Virus record (IMG/VR): IMGVR_UViG_3300016675_000040
Coordinates: 1-31,021 of that record
Reading direction: 5' to 3' (one strand)
DNA length: 31,021 bases
DNA from: a virus
Lineage: Duplodnaviria; Caudoviricetes
Shown here: piece after piece, positions 1 to 9,600 of the stretch
Position numbering within the stretch: the first letter of the stretch is position 1
How the letters are laid out: the number at the start of each line of letters is the position of its first letter
The notes under the pieces: generated by a model
What the model was told of the DNA's origin: nothing
What the model saw: only the letters and a program-made list of their open reading frames with translations
The model's database searches: none
Made by a program: the position numbers and the translations under genes

Positions 1-141
1 CATGAGCGTGTCACACCTTTTTACATTCAAGAGGTCGCCATGATCTCCGGCCACACAAGCTGGACCATGCCGTGCCGATACACCCACCTGAACGCGCAAA
101 AGCTCGCGGAGAAGCTCAATGCTGGTATCACCGAAGCATAA
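1..141 (+). CDS. C-terminal end of a tyrosine recombinase/integrase (5'-truncated by the window, possibly degenerate)
   Basis: Frame 1 is open from base 1 to TAA at 139-141 and reads HERVTPFYIQEVAMISGHTSWTMPCRYTHLNAQKLAEKLNAGITEA. This matches the EVA.ISGH.SW.M..RYTH box II motif with the catalytic Tyr. It is not in the ORF track. Confidence 0.75.
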   Translation, partial: HERVTPFYIQEVAMISGHTSWTMPCRYTHLNAQKLAEKLNAGITEA

Positions 142-1687
142 GAAGCTGGTCTTCAACGTCCGAGACCCGAACAAAATCACCGCCGTCATCCCGACGGCCA
201 AGACGCTCAACTACAAGGGCCGCACTTTGGTGGCCGTACCGCACAGCCTGGACGAGGTGCGCGTGCTGCGCAACCTGGGCTTCGACGTGCCGGCCCCCAT
301 CGAGCACTACTACGACTGGCCTGGTCGCTACCAGCCATACGCTCACCAGAAGATCACCGCATCCTTCCTGACCAGCAACCCTCGGGCGTTCTGTTTGAAC
401 GGCATGGGCAGCGGCAAGACGGTCAGCGTGCTGTGGGCCTTCGACTTCCTCAAGAAGATGGGCCTGGTCAAGCGCATGCTGGTGGTGGGCCCGCTGTCCT
501 CCCTGGAGCGAGCCTGGGCTGACGAGGTTTTCCGTCACTTCCCGCACCTGACCTGCACGGTGCTGCACGGCACCCGTGAACGCCGCCACAAACTGCTGGC
601 CGCCGACTTCGACATCTACATCATCAACCACGATGGTGTGAAGAACAAGGAGACCACCACACTGCTGGCCACCAGAGAAGGCCTGGACATCGTGGTGGTC
701 GACGAGGTGGACACGGCGCGCAACGCCAGCACAGATATGTGGAAGTCCCTCAACGTCATCATCAACGGCAGCAAGAAGGGCGACATCCCTCCCAAGCACT
801 GGGCCTGGGGCCTGACCGGCACCCCCGTGCCGAACTACCCGACGGACGCCTGGGCGCAGTGCAAGCTCATCGTGCCCGGCTCCGTGCCCACGTACTTCGG
901 TGCGTTCCGAGACCGGGTCATGCGCCAGCTCACCAAGTTCAAATGGGTGGCCCGCGACGACGCCATGAACCAGGTGTTCCAGGTCATGCAGCCGGCAGTG
1001 CGCTTCGCCCGCGAGGACTGCATCGACTTGCCGCCCACCACATACCAGACCGTGCAGGTTGCCCTGACGGACGAGCAGCGCAAGGCCTTCGACGAGATGG
1101 TCCGGCGCCTAAAGACCGAGCACGACGGCGGCAAGATCACCGCGATGAACGAGGCGGGCAAGCTCAACAAGCTGATCCAGATTTGCCTTGGCACCGCCTA
1201 CGGTGAGGACGGGCACATCACCATACCAGCCACCCCACGGGTCGACTTGGTGCGCGACTTGATCCGCCAGGCCGAGGGCAAGGTGCTGGTCTTCGCTCCA
1301 CTGACAGGCGCCCTACTGTCCCTGGCCGAATCCCTGCGCGAGGAGTTCACCGTGGAGACGGTCTACGGAGACATCAGCAAGACGCAACGGGACCGCATCT
1401 TCCACGACTTCCAGAACAGCCGCGATCCCAGAGTGATCGTGGCCAACCCACGCACCATGTCCCACTCACTCACCCTCACGGAGGCTAACACCATCATCTG
1501 GTTTGGACCCACCCACTCCAACGGCACGTACCAGCAGGCTAACGCCCGCGTTACCCGCCCCGGCCAACGCCGCAACACCCTGATCGTCAACATCGAGGCA
1601 ACGCCCATCGAGAGACGCATCTACCAAGTGCTCCAGGACCGTGGCGCGATGCAGGGACTCCTGCTCGACCTGGTTCGCGGGGCTTGA
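119..1687 (+). CDS. SNF2-family (SF2) helicase/ATPase, 522 aa
   Basis: Walker A GMGSGKT, motif II VVVDEVD, motif III GLTGTP, motif VI QANARVTRPGQ; phage-typical codon usage. Confidence 0.93.
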   Translation: MLVSPKHKKLVFNVRDPNKITAVIPTAKTLNYKGRTLVAVPHSLDEVRVLRNLGFDVPAPIEHYYDWPGRYQPYAHQKITASFLTSNPRAFCLNGMGSGKTVSVLWAFDFLKKMGLVKRMLVVGPLSSLERAWADEVFRHFPHLTCTVLHGTRERRHKLLAADFDIYIINHDGVKNKETTTLLATREGLDIVVVDEVDTARNASTDMWKSLNVIINGSKKGDIPPKHWAWGLTGTPVPNYPTDAWAQCKLIVPGSVPTYFGAFRDRVMRQLTKFKWVARDDAMNQVFQVMQPAVRFAREDCIDLPPTTYQTVQVALTDEQRKAFDEMVRRLKTEHDGGKITAMNEAGKLNKLIQICLGTAYGEDGHITIPATPRVDLVRDLIRQAEGKVLVFAPLTGALLSLAESLREEFTVETVYGDISKTQRDRIFHDFQNSRDPRVIVANPRTMSHSLTLTEANTIIWFGPTHSNGTYQQANARVTRPGQRRNTLIVNIEATPIERRIYQVLQDRGAMQGLLLDLVRGA

Positions 1688-1712
1688 CTGTCTAACGTGT
1701 TAGATATATTAT
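1684..1712 (+). promoter_or_regulatory. Sigma70-type promoter with operator-like palindrome in the spacer
   Basis: TTGACT (1684-1689), 17-bp spacer, TATTAT (1707-1712). CTAACGTGTTAG lies at 1692-1703, and AGGAG RBS precedes the ATG at 1732. Confidence 0.8.
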
Positions 1713-1731
1713 TTGACAAAAGGAGAACGCC

Positions 1732-2160
1732 ATGAGCGACGAAGTGATTGACCAGCAAGCCCCTGTTCAGGAGCAGAAACCCAACATCGAGGCCGTGGTG
1801 GCCCGCTACGTGGACCTGCGGGACCGCAAGGCCGCCATGAAGGCCGACCTCGACAAGTCGCTGGAGAAGATTGACGAGGCGATGGAGCGCCTTGAGCGCT
1901 ACATGCTCAACTACCTCACCGAGACCGGGCTCAGCTCGGTCGGCACGGGGGAGTACACGGCCTACACAGCCAGCGTCACCAGCGTCACCACAGCCGACAA
2001 GCAGGCCTTCCTTGACTACGTTAAGGAACAGGAGGAGTGGGGCCTGCTCGATGTCCGCCCCTCGAAAACCGCTGTTGTCGAGTTCCGCAAGGAAAACGAC
2101 GACCTCCCCCCTGGCGTCAACTGGCGCGAAGAAAAAGTGGTGCGCATCCGTCGCGCCTGA
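1732..2160 (+). CDS. Phage replication-region protein, N-terminal coiled coil with C-terminal LPPGV motif (loosely Gam/Gp157-like), 142 aa
   Basis: Strong RBS, heptad-rich N-terminal half, and location between helicase and SSB-like gene. The function is inferred. Confidence 0.75.
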   Translation: MSDEVIDQQAPVQEQKPNIEAVVARYVDLRDRKAAMKADLDKSLEKIDEAMERLERYMLNYLTETGLSSVGTGEYTAYTASVTSVTTADKQAFLDYVKEQEEWGLLDVRPSKTAVVEFRKENDDLPPGVNWREEKVVRIRRA

Positions 2161-2195
2161 TCTAACATCCCCTCTTGCCTGAAAAGGAACCAACC

Positions 2196-3266
2196 ATGTC
2201 CGCTATCGTCCCCCTGAACGCCGGTGCCAAGCTGCCCGCCTACCTCGCCAAGCGCTCCGCTGACCGCCCCAGCATCAACGCTGAAGTCGTCACCGGCGGC
2301 GGCTACCCCGTCTTGTCCATCAAGGGCAAGGTCTTCACCCTGGTCAAAGACGGCGAGCGCAAGGTGCTGACCCGCCCTGACGACCCCGATGAGGTGCTGC
2401 AAAACATCACCCTGGCTGTGGTCCGCGCCAACACCAAGACCCGCGTGTACTACGCCAAGGACTTCGTGGAGGGCTCTGAGGGTGAGTCCGCCAAGCCCGA
2501 CTGCCACTCGTCCGACGGCGTGGTGCCCATGGCCGACAGCCGCAGCCCGCAGGCCAAGAAGTGCCAGCTCTGCCCGCACGCTGTGTGGGGCACCGGCAAG
2601 CAAGGCACCGGCACCGCGTGCGCGGTGAACACCCGCCTGGCCGTGGTGGACCCCGAGCAGGCAGCCAAGGCCGACGAGCTGGAGCCCTTCCTCCTGCGTG
2701 TCCCCGCCGGTTCGCGTGCCAACTTCGCCGATGTGGTCAAGGCTGCCGACGCTCGTGGCATCGACTACAACATGCTGGCCTTGAAGGTGGGCTTCGACAA
2801 GGAAGCCCCGGCTCCCAAGCTGACCTTCAAGATCACCGGCCTGCTGGACGAGGCTGTCTACGACAAGGTGAGCGCCAAGTACACCGACCCCACCGTGCTG
2901 GAGATGATGGGCCTGAAGCCTGTCGCACCGCGCCCCGAGGCAGAGCCCGCGCCCGAGCAGGCCACGTCGACCCAAGACGAGCTGGACGCCATCTTGGCTG
3001 CCAAGAAGGCCACCGACAAGGCCAAGGCCCAGGCAGCCGCCGATGACGGCGACGACACCCCGCCAGCCCCGAAGGCCGCGGCCAAGGAAGTCGAAGCCGC
3101 CACGCGCCCGGCACGCAAGACCGCCGCCACGCGCAAAGCTGAGGAAGACGCACCGGCTCCGGCTCCGGCTCCGGCTCCGGCCCCCGCAGCCACACCCGCC
3201 CCCAAGGGCGGCGCTGACGACCTGCTGGGCGACCTGGACGCGCTGCTCAACGACCTGGACGACTGA
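2196..3266 (+). CDS. Probable single-stranded DNA-binding protein with putative Zn site and acidic tail, 356 aa
   Basis: ATG at 2196 follows AAGGAA. Cys cluster PDCHS...KCQLCPH...TAC, Ala/Pro/Lys linker, and acidic tail DDLLGDLDALLNDLDD typical of phage SSBs. Confidence 0.7.
   Translation: MSAIVPLNAGAKLPAYLAKRSADRPSINAEVVTGGGYPVLSIKGKVFTLVKDGERKVLTRPDDPDEVLQNITLAVVRANTKTRVYYAKDFVEGSEGESAKPDCHSSDGVVPMADSRSPQAKKCQLCPHAVWGTGKQGTGTACAVNTRLAVVDPEQAAKADELEPFLLRVPAGSRANFADVVKAADARGIDYNMLALKVGFDKEAPAPKLTFKITGLLDEAVYDKVSAKYTDPTVLEMMGLKPVAPRPEAEPAPEQATSTQDELDAILAAKKATDKAKAQAAADDGDDTPPAPKAAAKEVEAATRPARKTAATRKAEEDAPAPAPAPAPAPAATPAPKGGADDLLGDLDALLNDLDD
3153..3181 (+). repeat. In-frame (CCGGCT)x~5 tandem repeat encoding a Pro-Ala linker
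   Basis: Four full copies plus CCGGC read directly from the sequence. Confidence 0.9.
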
Positions 3267-3269
3267 TTC

Positions 3270-3289
3270 GAGGGGGCTTCGGCCCCCTC
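3270..3289 (+). terminator. Stable cUUCGg hairpin after the SSB-like gene (weak terminator or mRNA stabiliser)
   Basis: GAGGGGGC-TTCG-GCCCCCTC, an 8-bp stem 3 nt after the stop, with no following U-tract. Confidence 0.55.
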
Positions 3290-3323
3290 CTCGTCCGCTG
3301 ACCCCACAAGAACCGGAGCCACA

Positions 3324-3572
3324 ATGGACTTCACCGTAGTATCGAAAGCGGGATTGACCCAGCGCGAGTTCGCCACCCTGTGCGGTGTGAGCCGCGTGAC
3401 CGTGAACCTCTGGGTCAAAGGAAAGATGCGCCCCTGCCGCTTCATCGCGCCTTTCGTCCAGGACACCCTCGACGCCATCAACCACGCCATGAGCAAGGGC
3501 CGCCTGCCCCTGCCAGGCAAGTCTGATCGCAAGGAACGAGTCGACCTGCTGCTGAAGGCCCTCACTAAGTAA
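3324..3572 (+). CDS. Cro/XRE-like helix-turn-helix DNA-binding protein, 82 aa
   Basis: GLTQREFATLCGVSRVTVNLWVKG fits the HTH_3 pattern; GGAG RBS. Confidence 0.88.
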   Translation: MDFTVVSKAGLTQREFATLCGVSRVTVNLWVKGKMRPCRFIAPFVQDTLDAINHAMSKGRLPLPGKSDRKERVDLLLKALTK

Positions 3573-3583
3573 GGGGGCCACAC

Positions 3584-6500
3584 ATGCTCGACAAATTCCT
3601 GGGAGACATCCTCCCACCGGAAGGCTATTACTGCCTCGTTTTGCTGCCCGAAGGTCGTCACCTTTGGGCAGAGTCGCTTGCAGAGCTGGAAGAACTGGCG
3701 AACCGCCACAGCGACCGTGAGGGTGTCTACTACGGCACCGCCGCGTTCCAGAGCGTCGCCAACCGCAAGCAAGCTAACGTGTTATCCCTCCAGGCTCTGC
3801 GCCTGGACATCGACGCAGGCCCCGAAAAGCTGGCCAAGCACGGTGAAGACGCCGTCTACGCCACGCAGAAGGCCGCGGTGGCAGCCTGTGCTGAGTTCTT
3901 CCGAGCCACACAGCTGGTGCCCAGCTACCTCGTGTCCAGCGGTGCCGGCCTCCACGTCTACTACTGCCTGACCCAGGCCATCGACCCCGTCACCTGGCTG
4001 GACCTGGCCAAGGGGCTGAGCCGCCTGGGCTCCGAGCACAACCTCAAGATCGACCCGTCCGTCACGCAGGACTCGGCCCGCATCCTGCGCCCTGTCGGCG
4101 CCCTGCACAAGAACGGTAAGAGGGTGGCGGTGCTCAAGGACTTCGGCATCAAGCACGACGTGGACACCCTGCGCTCCGTGCTGCGCGTCGATGAGCCCCT
4201 GCCCACCCTGCAACGGGCCCGCACAGGGATCAACGATGAGCTGGATCTGAGCCCCTCCGGCCCACCGTCCAGCGCGTTCAAGATCGTGTCGCACTGTGCT
4301 GCCCTGCGAGAAGTCGCTGAGACCCGTGGCGACGTGCCTGAGCCGTACTGGCGGGCCATGATCGGGCTGGTCAAGCGCACCAACGAGGGCATCGACGTGG
4401 CCCACGAGTGGAGCAGCGGCTACGACGGCTACGACCCCGACGAGGTCGAGCGCAAGTTCGACGCCTGGGCAACCGGGCCGACCACGTGCGCAGAGTTCTC
4501 CAAGCACACCAAAGCGTGCCGTGACTGCCAGTACAACGGCAAGATCAAGTCGCCCATCAGCCTGGGTCTCATGACCGCAGCTGAGATCGACACCCTGCCG
4601 GAAGAAAAGCGCCCTGCCCTGCCCAGCGTGCCCGACGCCATCAAGCCCAAGGGCATGCCCTGGGAAGGCAAGCTGCCGGAAGGCTACGAAGTCATCACCG
4701 ACAAGAAGGGCCGCCTCACCCTGGTGGCCACCATCGTCGTTGACGTCGAGTCTGAAACCGGCGAAAAGGTGCCCACCGTCATCCACGTGCCGGTGACCCA
4801 CAACGTGTTCTGGTTCAGCCAGTGGGCGGAAGCCTGCGGCTCAGAAGACACGGCACAGGTAACGATGAACCTGTGGGCGGACGGCTACGTCATGACCTAC
4901 ATGATGGACCAGTCACTGGTCGCAAGCCAAGCCAAGCTGCTGGAGTTTCTGGCCGGCAAGGCGATCCACACCACCAACCACCAACGAGCGGCGAAGTGTA
5001 TGCAAGACTATGCAAAGGCGAACCTGCTTTACATCGGGTCACTCGCCAAGCGACCCAAGATCAACGACCACCTGGGCCTGCGAATCCTGCCCGACGGCAT
5101 GCTGGTTTGCGCCCACGGCAGCCACCTGATCTACCCTGACGGCTCCATTCAAGCAGCCCAGATCGGCCCGGCCATCGGCAACGTGGCCAACCAATTCCCG
5201 GTTCCGCTGCCCAGCAGCGACGAGGGGACCTGGGAGCCCTCGGTCTTCGACGACTACATCGTGCCGCGCGCCCGTAAGCACGTCGAGTTCCTGCGCAAGC
5301 ACTACGGCGGCGAGGGCATGGAGAAGTTTCAGCTGGCCATCATGCTGGGGCTGGCCTCTCCGTTCATGCCGTTCGTCAAGGGTGAGTTTGTGTCCGGCAC
5401 CACACTGCCACGGCAAAGCTCCCTGTCGGTGTCGCTGTACTCCCGCCAGTCGGCACGGGGCAAGACAACTGCCGTGGCAAGTGCCCTGCTGGCCTACGGT
5501 CGCCCCGCCGATCTGGTGAACGACTCCGGGCGCTTTGGCTCCACGGACAACGCTCGGTACTCGCGCCTGTCGATCCACGGCACCATGCCCAACATCATGG
5601 ATGAGATGGGCGGCGCCACCACTGCCAGTGTCGCCCAGGTGGTCAGCCAGGTGGCCAACGGCGGCGCCAAGGAGCGCTCCGGGCGCGGTGGCGAGCTGCG
5701 CAGCTCAGCACCGTGGGCTCTGATCAACCTGATGACGACCAACAAGTCGCAGCGGGACATGATCTCGGCCATCCAGAGCGAGAGCGGCGCCATCCAGTAC
5801 CGCGTGCTGGAGATCAACGTCGAAGACATGCCGCTGTACGACAACGACAAGCGCGACGCTTTCGGTGCCGACTGGGCCGAGATCAACCGGGACTGTGTCG
5901 GAGCCCTGGGTGCAGTCATCCACCGCGAGATTTGCGCCCTGGGTGTGGATGGGGCCAACAAGCTGGTGACAAGCTGCACTGCCAAGGCGGCGCGGGCCAT
6001 CGAGGCTGACCAGAACGCACGCTTCCAATACTGGGGTCTGGGCGCCGTGTTCGCCCTGCACTTCGTGCTGAGCAAGCTGGGCATGCCTGTGTTCGACCTG
6101 GCGACCGTCACCGCCACCTTCAAGGCAGCCTACGACGAGGGCCAGAAGTACGTCGAGGACAACGTCACCTCGACCGACGGCCTGGAGCTGATGCGCCAGT
6201 TTCTGGTGGACATTGCGCCGAACACCCTGGTGACAGAAAACGAAACCAAGATCAACCAGCACACAACCAGGTACGACGAGCCGCTGAACAGCCGGGTTCC
6301 CGACAAGATCCTGGCACGGCACATCAAGTCCAACAAGCGGACCTACGTGTCACTGGAGGCACTGCGCGCCTGGGCACTGGAGAAGGGGCTCAGCGAGCGC
6401 GACGTGGTCAACCCATGCCGCAAGCACAACGTCATCCAGCCGCGTGAGACGCTCATGGGCGAGCGCAAAGTCAGCCTGACCGCCGAGTATTTCAACCTGA

Positions 6501-6634
6501 CCAAGGGCCTGCGCGGCAACATGAACCTGCGGGTTCGCTGCGTGACCGTGGACACCAGGCGGTTGTACCTGGCACTGGGGGTGCCGGACACAGACTTCGA
6601 GGGGGCGGAAACCGCCGAGGAGTCGGCAGCGTAA
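3584..6634 (+). CDS. Primase-helicase fusion: N-terminal AEP/RepB-type primase, PriCT-2-like region, Cys cluster, C-terminal DUF927-like P-loop ATPase, 1016 aa
   Basis: RLDID and SSGAGLHVYY (AEP motifs I and II), RILRPVG, EPYWRAM...AHEWS, C..F....C..C, Walker A-like SARGKTT, Walker B NIMDE. Confidence 0.85.
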   Translation: MLDKFLGDILPPEGYYCLVLLPEGRHLWAESLAELEELANRHSDREGVYYGTAAFQSVANRKQANVLSLQALRLDIDAGPEKLAKHGEDAVYATQKAAVAACAEFFRATQLVPSYLVSSGAGLHVYYCLTQAIDPVTWLDLAKGLSRLGSEHNLKIDPSVTQDSARILRPVGALHKNGKRVAVLKDFGIKHDVDTLRSVLRVDEPLPTLQRARTGINDELDLSPSGPPSSAFKIVSHCAALREVAETRGDVPEPYWRAMIGLVKRTNEGIDVAHEWSSGYDGYDPDEVERKFDAWATGPTTCAEFSKHTKACRDCQYNGKIKSPISLGLMTAAEIDTLPEEKRPALPSVPDAIKPKGMPWEGKLPEGYEVITDKKGRLTLVATIVVDVESETGEKVPTVIHVPVTHNVFWFSQWAEACGSEDTAQVTMNLWADGYVMTYMMDQSLVASQAKLLEFLAGKAIHTTNHQRAAKCMQDYAKANLLYIGSLAKRPKINDHLGLRILPDGMLVCAHGSHLIYPDGSIQAAQIGPAIGNVANQFPVPLPSSDEGTWEPSVFDDYIVPRARKHVEFLRKHYGGEGMEKFQLAIMLGLASPFMPFVKGEFVSGTTLPRQSSLSVSLYSRQSARGKTTAVASALLAYGRPADLVNDSGRFGSTDNARYSRLSIHGTMPNIMDEMGGATTASVAQVVSQVANGGAKERSGRGGELRSSAPWALINLMTTNKSQRDMISAIQSESGAIQYRVLEINVEDMPLYDNDKRDAFGADWAEINRDCVGALGAVIHREICALGVDGANKLVTSCTAKAARAIEADQNARFQYWGLGAVFALHFVLSKLGMPVFDLATVTATFKAAYDEGQKYVEDNVTSTDGLELMRQFLVDIAPNTLVTENETKINQHTTRYDEPLNSRVPDKILARHIKSNKRTYVSLEALRAWALEKGLSERDVVNPCRKHNVIQPRETLMGERKVSLTAEYFNLTKGLRGNMNLRVRCVTVDTRRLYLALGVPDTDFEGAETAEESAA
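3774..3785 (+). promoter_or_regulatory. Intragenic near-perfect operator-like motif (11/12)
   Basis: CTAACGTGTTAT inside the primase gene. Confidence 0.5.
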
Positions 6635-6660
6635 GAAGGGGCCCCTCGGGGCCCCTTTCT
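6634..6660. terminator. Bidirectional intrinsic terminator between the convergent arms
   Basis: AAGGGGCCC-CTCG-GGGCCCCTT (6636-6657) with short A/T flanks, filling the gap between the two stop codons. Confidence 0.85.
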
Positions 6661-9600
6661 CATTCCATCAGGTTCCGCACGAAACCCTCGGTCTGCTTGT
6701 CGGCGGCCACCCCACCCACCGCTGCGGCCTCACGGCGGCGCTTCTCCATCGGTGCTCGGATCAGCTGACTCATGGGCTGCGGTGCCAGGCCCAGTCGCTT
6801 GCGCGTGGCCTGCATGTCCTGCCAGTCTCTGCGAGCCTGCTCCAGGGCGGCAGCGTCGTTGTCCTCAAAGGCCTCGACGTATGCCCGCTTGATCTCAGAG
6901 CTGCGCTCGTTGAAGAACCGAGAGGCCTTGAACTCCGCACTTGCGAGGAAGCTGCGCTCGGTGAGGGTCTTCGTCGGCAGGCCAGCCGCCTGGAACAGAC
7001 CGTCGACCCAGCTCACTTCCTCCGGGCCCATCACCAAGTCACCGCGCGTGGTTGTGACGCCCTCGGTGGACAGCCGGGCACCCTTGATGGCGTTACCCAG
7101 GGCACCTGGCAGGAACTTCTCCAGGCCTTTGTAGTAGTCGCCGTCTTGCATGTGACCCAGGCCCTCGGCCCAGCGCGGCACCATCCCGCCGATGAACGGG
7201 CCGAGCGCGGCCAGCACCAGCTTGGAGTACCCGTCACGGCTGGTGAAGTCCCAGTCTGCGTAGGGGAACAGACTGAGCATGTTGCCCGAGCCCACCTTGC
7301 CGGAGAGGTCCACGCCCATCATGTTGGGCACGCCACGGATCAGGGCGTCGGCCACGGGGCCGTTACCGAGGATGCGGCGCATGGTGGCCTCGGGATCATC
7401 GGGCTCGTCGTCATCACCGAAGGCCGCACCCAGCACCATACTGAAGAACTGGAACCCAGGCAGGCCGACAGCACCAGCCAGGCCAGCCATGTGCCCCAGG
7501 TTGAAGGCGAGGATGCGACGAGCCACCGCGCGTTCGTCAGCACTTGCGCCGTTGAAGGCATCCGCGATCAGCTTGGTGTACATCGTGATCTGGATGAGCT
7601 GGAACTTGCGGAACTGCGTGGCCAGGCGACCCAGGCGGGTACGCGTCAGACGCGGTGCGTTGAAGGCGTTGTAGTCGCCGTGCGTGGCGATGATCACACG
7701 GTCGGCGTAGTCCACAGCGGAAGCAGCAGGCTCCAGGCGCGCGGCGGTGATCGCGGTGGCCAAGCGGTTGACCATTTCGACGGTCTGGTTGGCCTTGCGC
7801 AGTTTGCTCTCGACAGTAGACAGCGTGCGCGACGCGACGTTGCCTGCGTCGTTCGACCGCCAGGCGCCCAGGTCGTGCTCCAGGCTGATCTCGATGCGCC
7901 CGCGAGCCGCAAGCTGCTTGACAACTTCCCGCACATCGGCGGGCAGCGCGTCGTAGTCGCCCTTCGTGAACCGACCATCCTTGAGCAGGGGTGCCAGGTC
8001 GCGGTAGGCGCGCGACATTTCACGCCAGGCTCGGGCGTAGCCGAACTTGCCCGCCAGCATCGGCAGGGTCATCACCCACGGCTGCATGACGTTTTGCAGG
8101 TAGTAGGCCGGGTTGACCATCAACTGGAAGAACGAGGTGAAGGCCATGACCTTGTCCACCACAGGTGTGGACTGGAAGTCCATGGCCATGGTGTGCCGTG
8201 CCAGGATCTCGTTGAAGAACTCACGGCGCAGCTCTCGTGTACCGCTGGTGCCCTGGTCGGCCTGCTTCTTCATCTCGACCAGCAGCTCCTGAACCTCACC
8301 GCCGTTACGCAGGGCAGCGATGAAGTGCGCATCGGCACGCCCCTTGGTGGCGAAGGCCCGCATCATGTCGCGGTCAGCACCGGCGGTGTTCTTGCGGTTG
8401 CGCTCGGCCTGACGGGCACTGCGCTCACCCAGCAGGGTGAGGTACAGGTCGTTCATCAGCTTGTTGATGGCAGCGTTGGCTGCCGCATCCATCGTGCTGC
8501 CCGACTCGTTGACCAGGTTGCGAAGACGGCGGAAGGCGTTGAAGGTGTCGCGGCCACCATAGAGCTGGTCGCTGGCGTCGCCCTTGTTGAAGTTCTCCAC
8601 GGTGCCGCCCGGATAGCGGCCACGGCTCTGCATGTCCGCCACGGCTGCGCGGGCCTCGCGGCGGCTCTCGAAGAACTCCACGTAGTAGTGGTTCTCGTCG
8701 GCCTCCATCTCGCTGATGGCCTTGCGGTCACCCTGGCGCTCAGCCTCCAGGTAGGCGGCTGACTTGGCCACGACCACGTGGTCGCCGAAACGGCGCAGCG
8801 GGGCGTAGGGCCAGTTGCCGTTCATGGCCAGCATGGTCCTGAACTCTTGCAGTGCCTGCTTCTTGCGGCCCTCCGCTTTGACCGCTTCGGCCTCGTTGCC
8901 GGCGTCACGGAAGCCCTTGATCAGTGCGTCGAACTCTGAGTTCACGTTGTTCGTGACGGCGTCCTGCATCTGCTTCAGGGTGTCGTAGCCATGCTTGAAC
9001 ACGTCACGCACCACAGCCTGCTGAGCCGGAGTCATGGCAGCGAAGGCGGCAGCCTGACTGGACTGACGGTCGAACCCAGCCTGGGCGTCGGTGAGCCACT
9101 CGGGCTTGAAGGCCCATACCTTGTCCATCGTCGAGCTGCGGATCAGGCTGTTGACCTGAGCGCGCTCAGCCGCGTTCAGCTCCGAGAAGCGCTCCAGCAC
9201 CGCGTCGACCTGCTGCTCCATCTTCGTGCGGTCGATGGCCACCGCCTCATACTTCTTGAGGTAGTCGGACGCGGCAGGCATGTACTTGGCAGTCTGGTCG
9301 ATCAGGTCGCGGGTAAACGCGCCGTACTTCACGGCGGCGGTCTTCAGGTCCGCCATCGCCTGCTTGACGCCAGACTCGGCCTTGGCGTACTGGGGGCCCA
9401 GCTGAGTGGCAACCGAGGCCTGGAACGAGCCCGAGCCATCGTCAGCCCGCGTGTCGGACTGCATCTCAAGCTGGGCTGCACCGTAGGCCATGTCCACCAC
9501 GTCTTGAGCGGTGAGCCCCTTGGCGTCGACCAGGCCGAGCTTGGCCAGGCCAGCCTTGAGCGCGCTGATGAGAGACTGCATCCAGCGGCCCAGGTCGCTC

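Noticed and set aside
2161-2167. TCTAACA half-site upstream of the SSB-like gene
   Set aside because: Only one arm of the palindrome is present and there is no promoter match, so it could be chance.
2016-3617. Long antisense or alternate-frame ORFs (533 aa here; also 7146-8762, 23895-25289, 28931-30415 and others)
   Set aside because: These are shadows of GC-rich, codon-biased genes on the other strand. They have no RBS or recognisable motifs and fully overlap better-supported genes.
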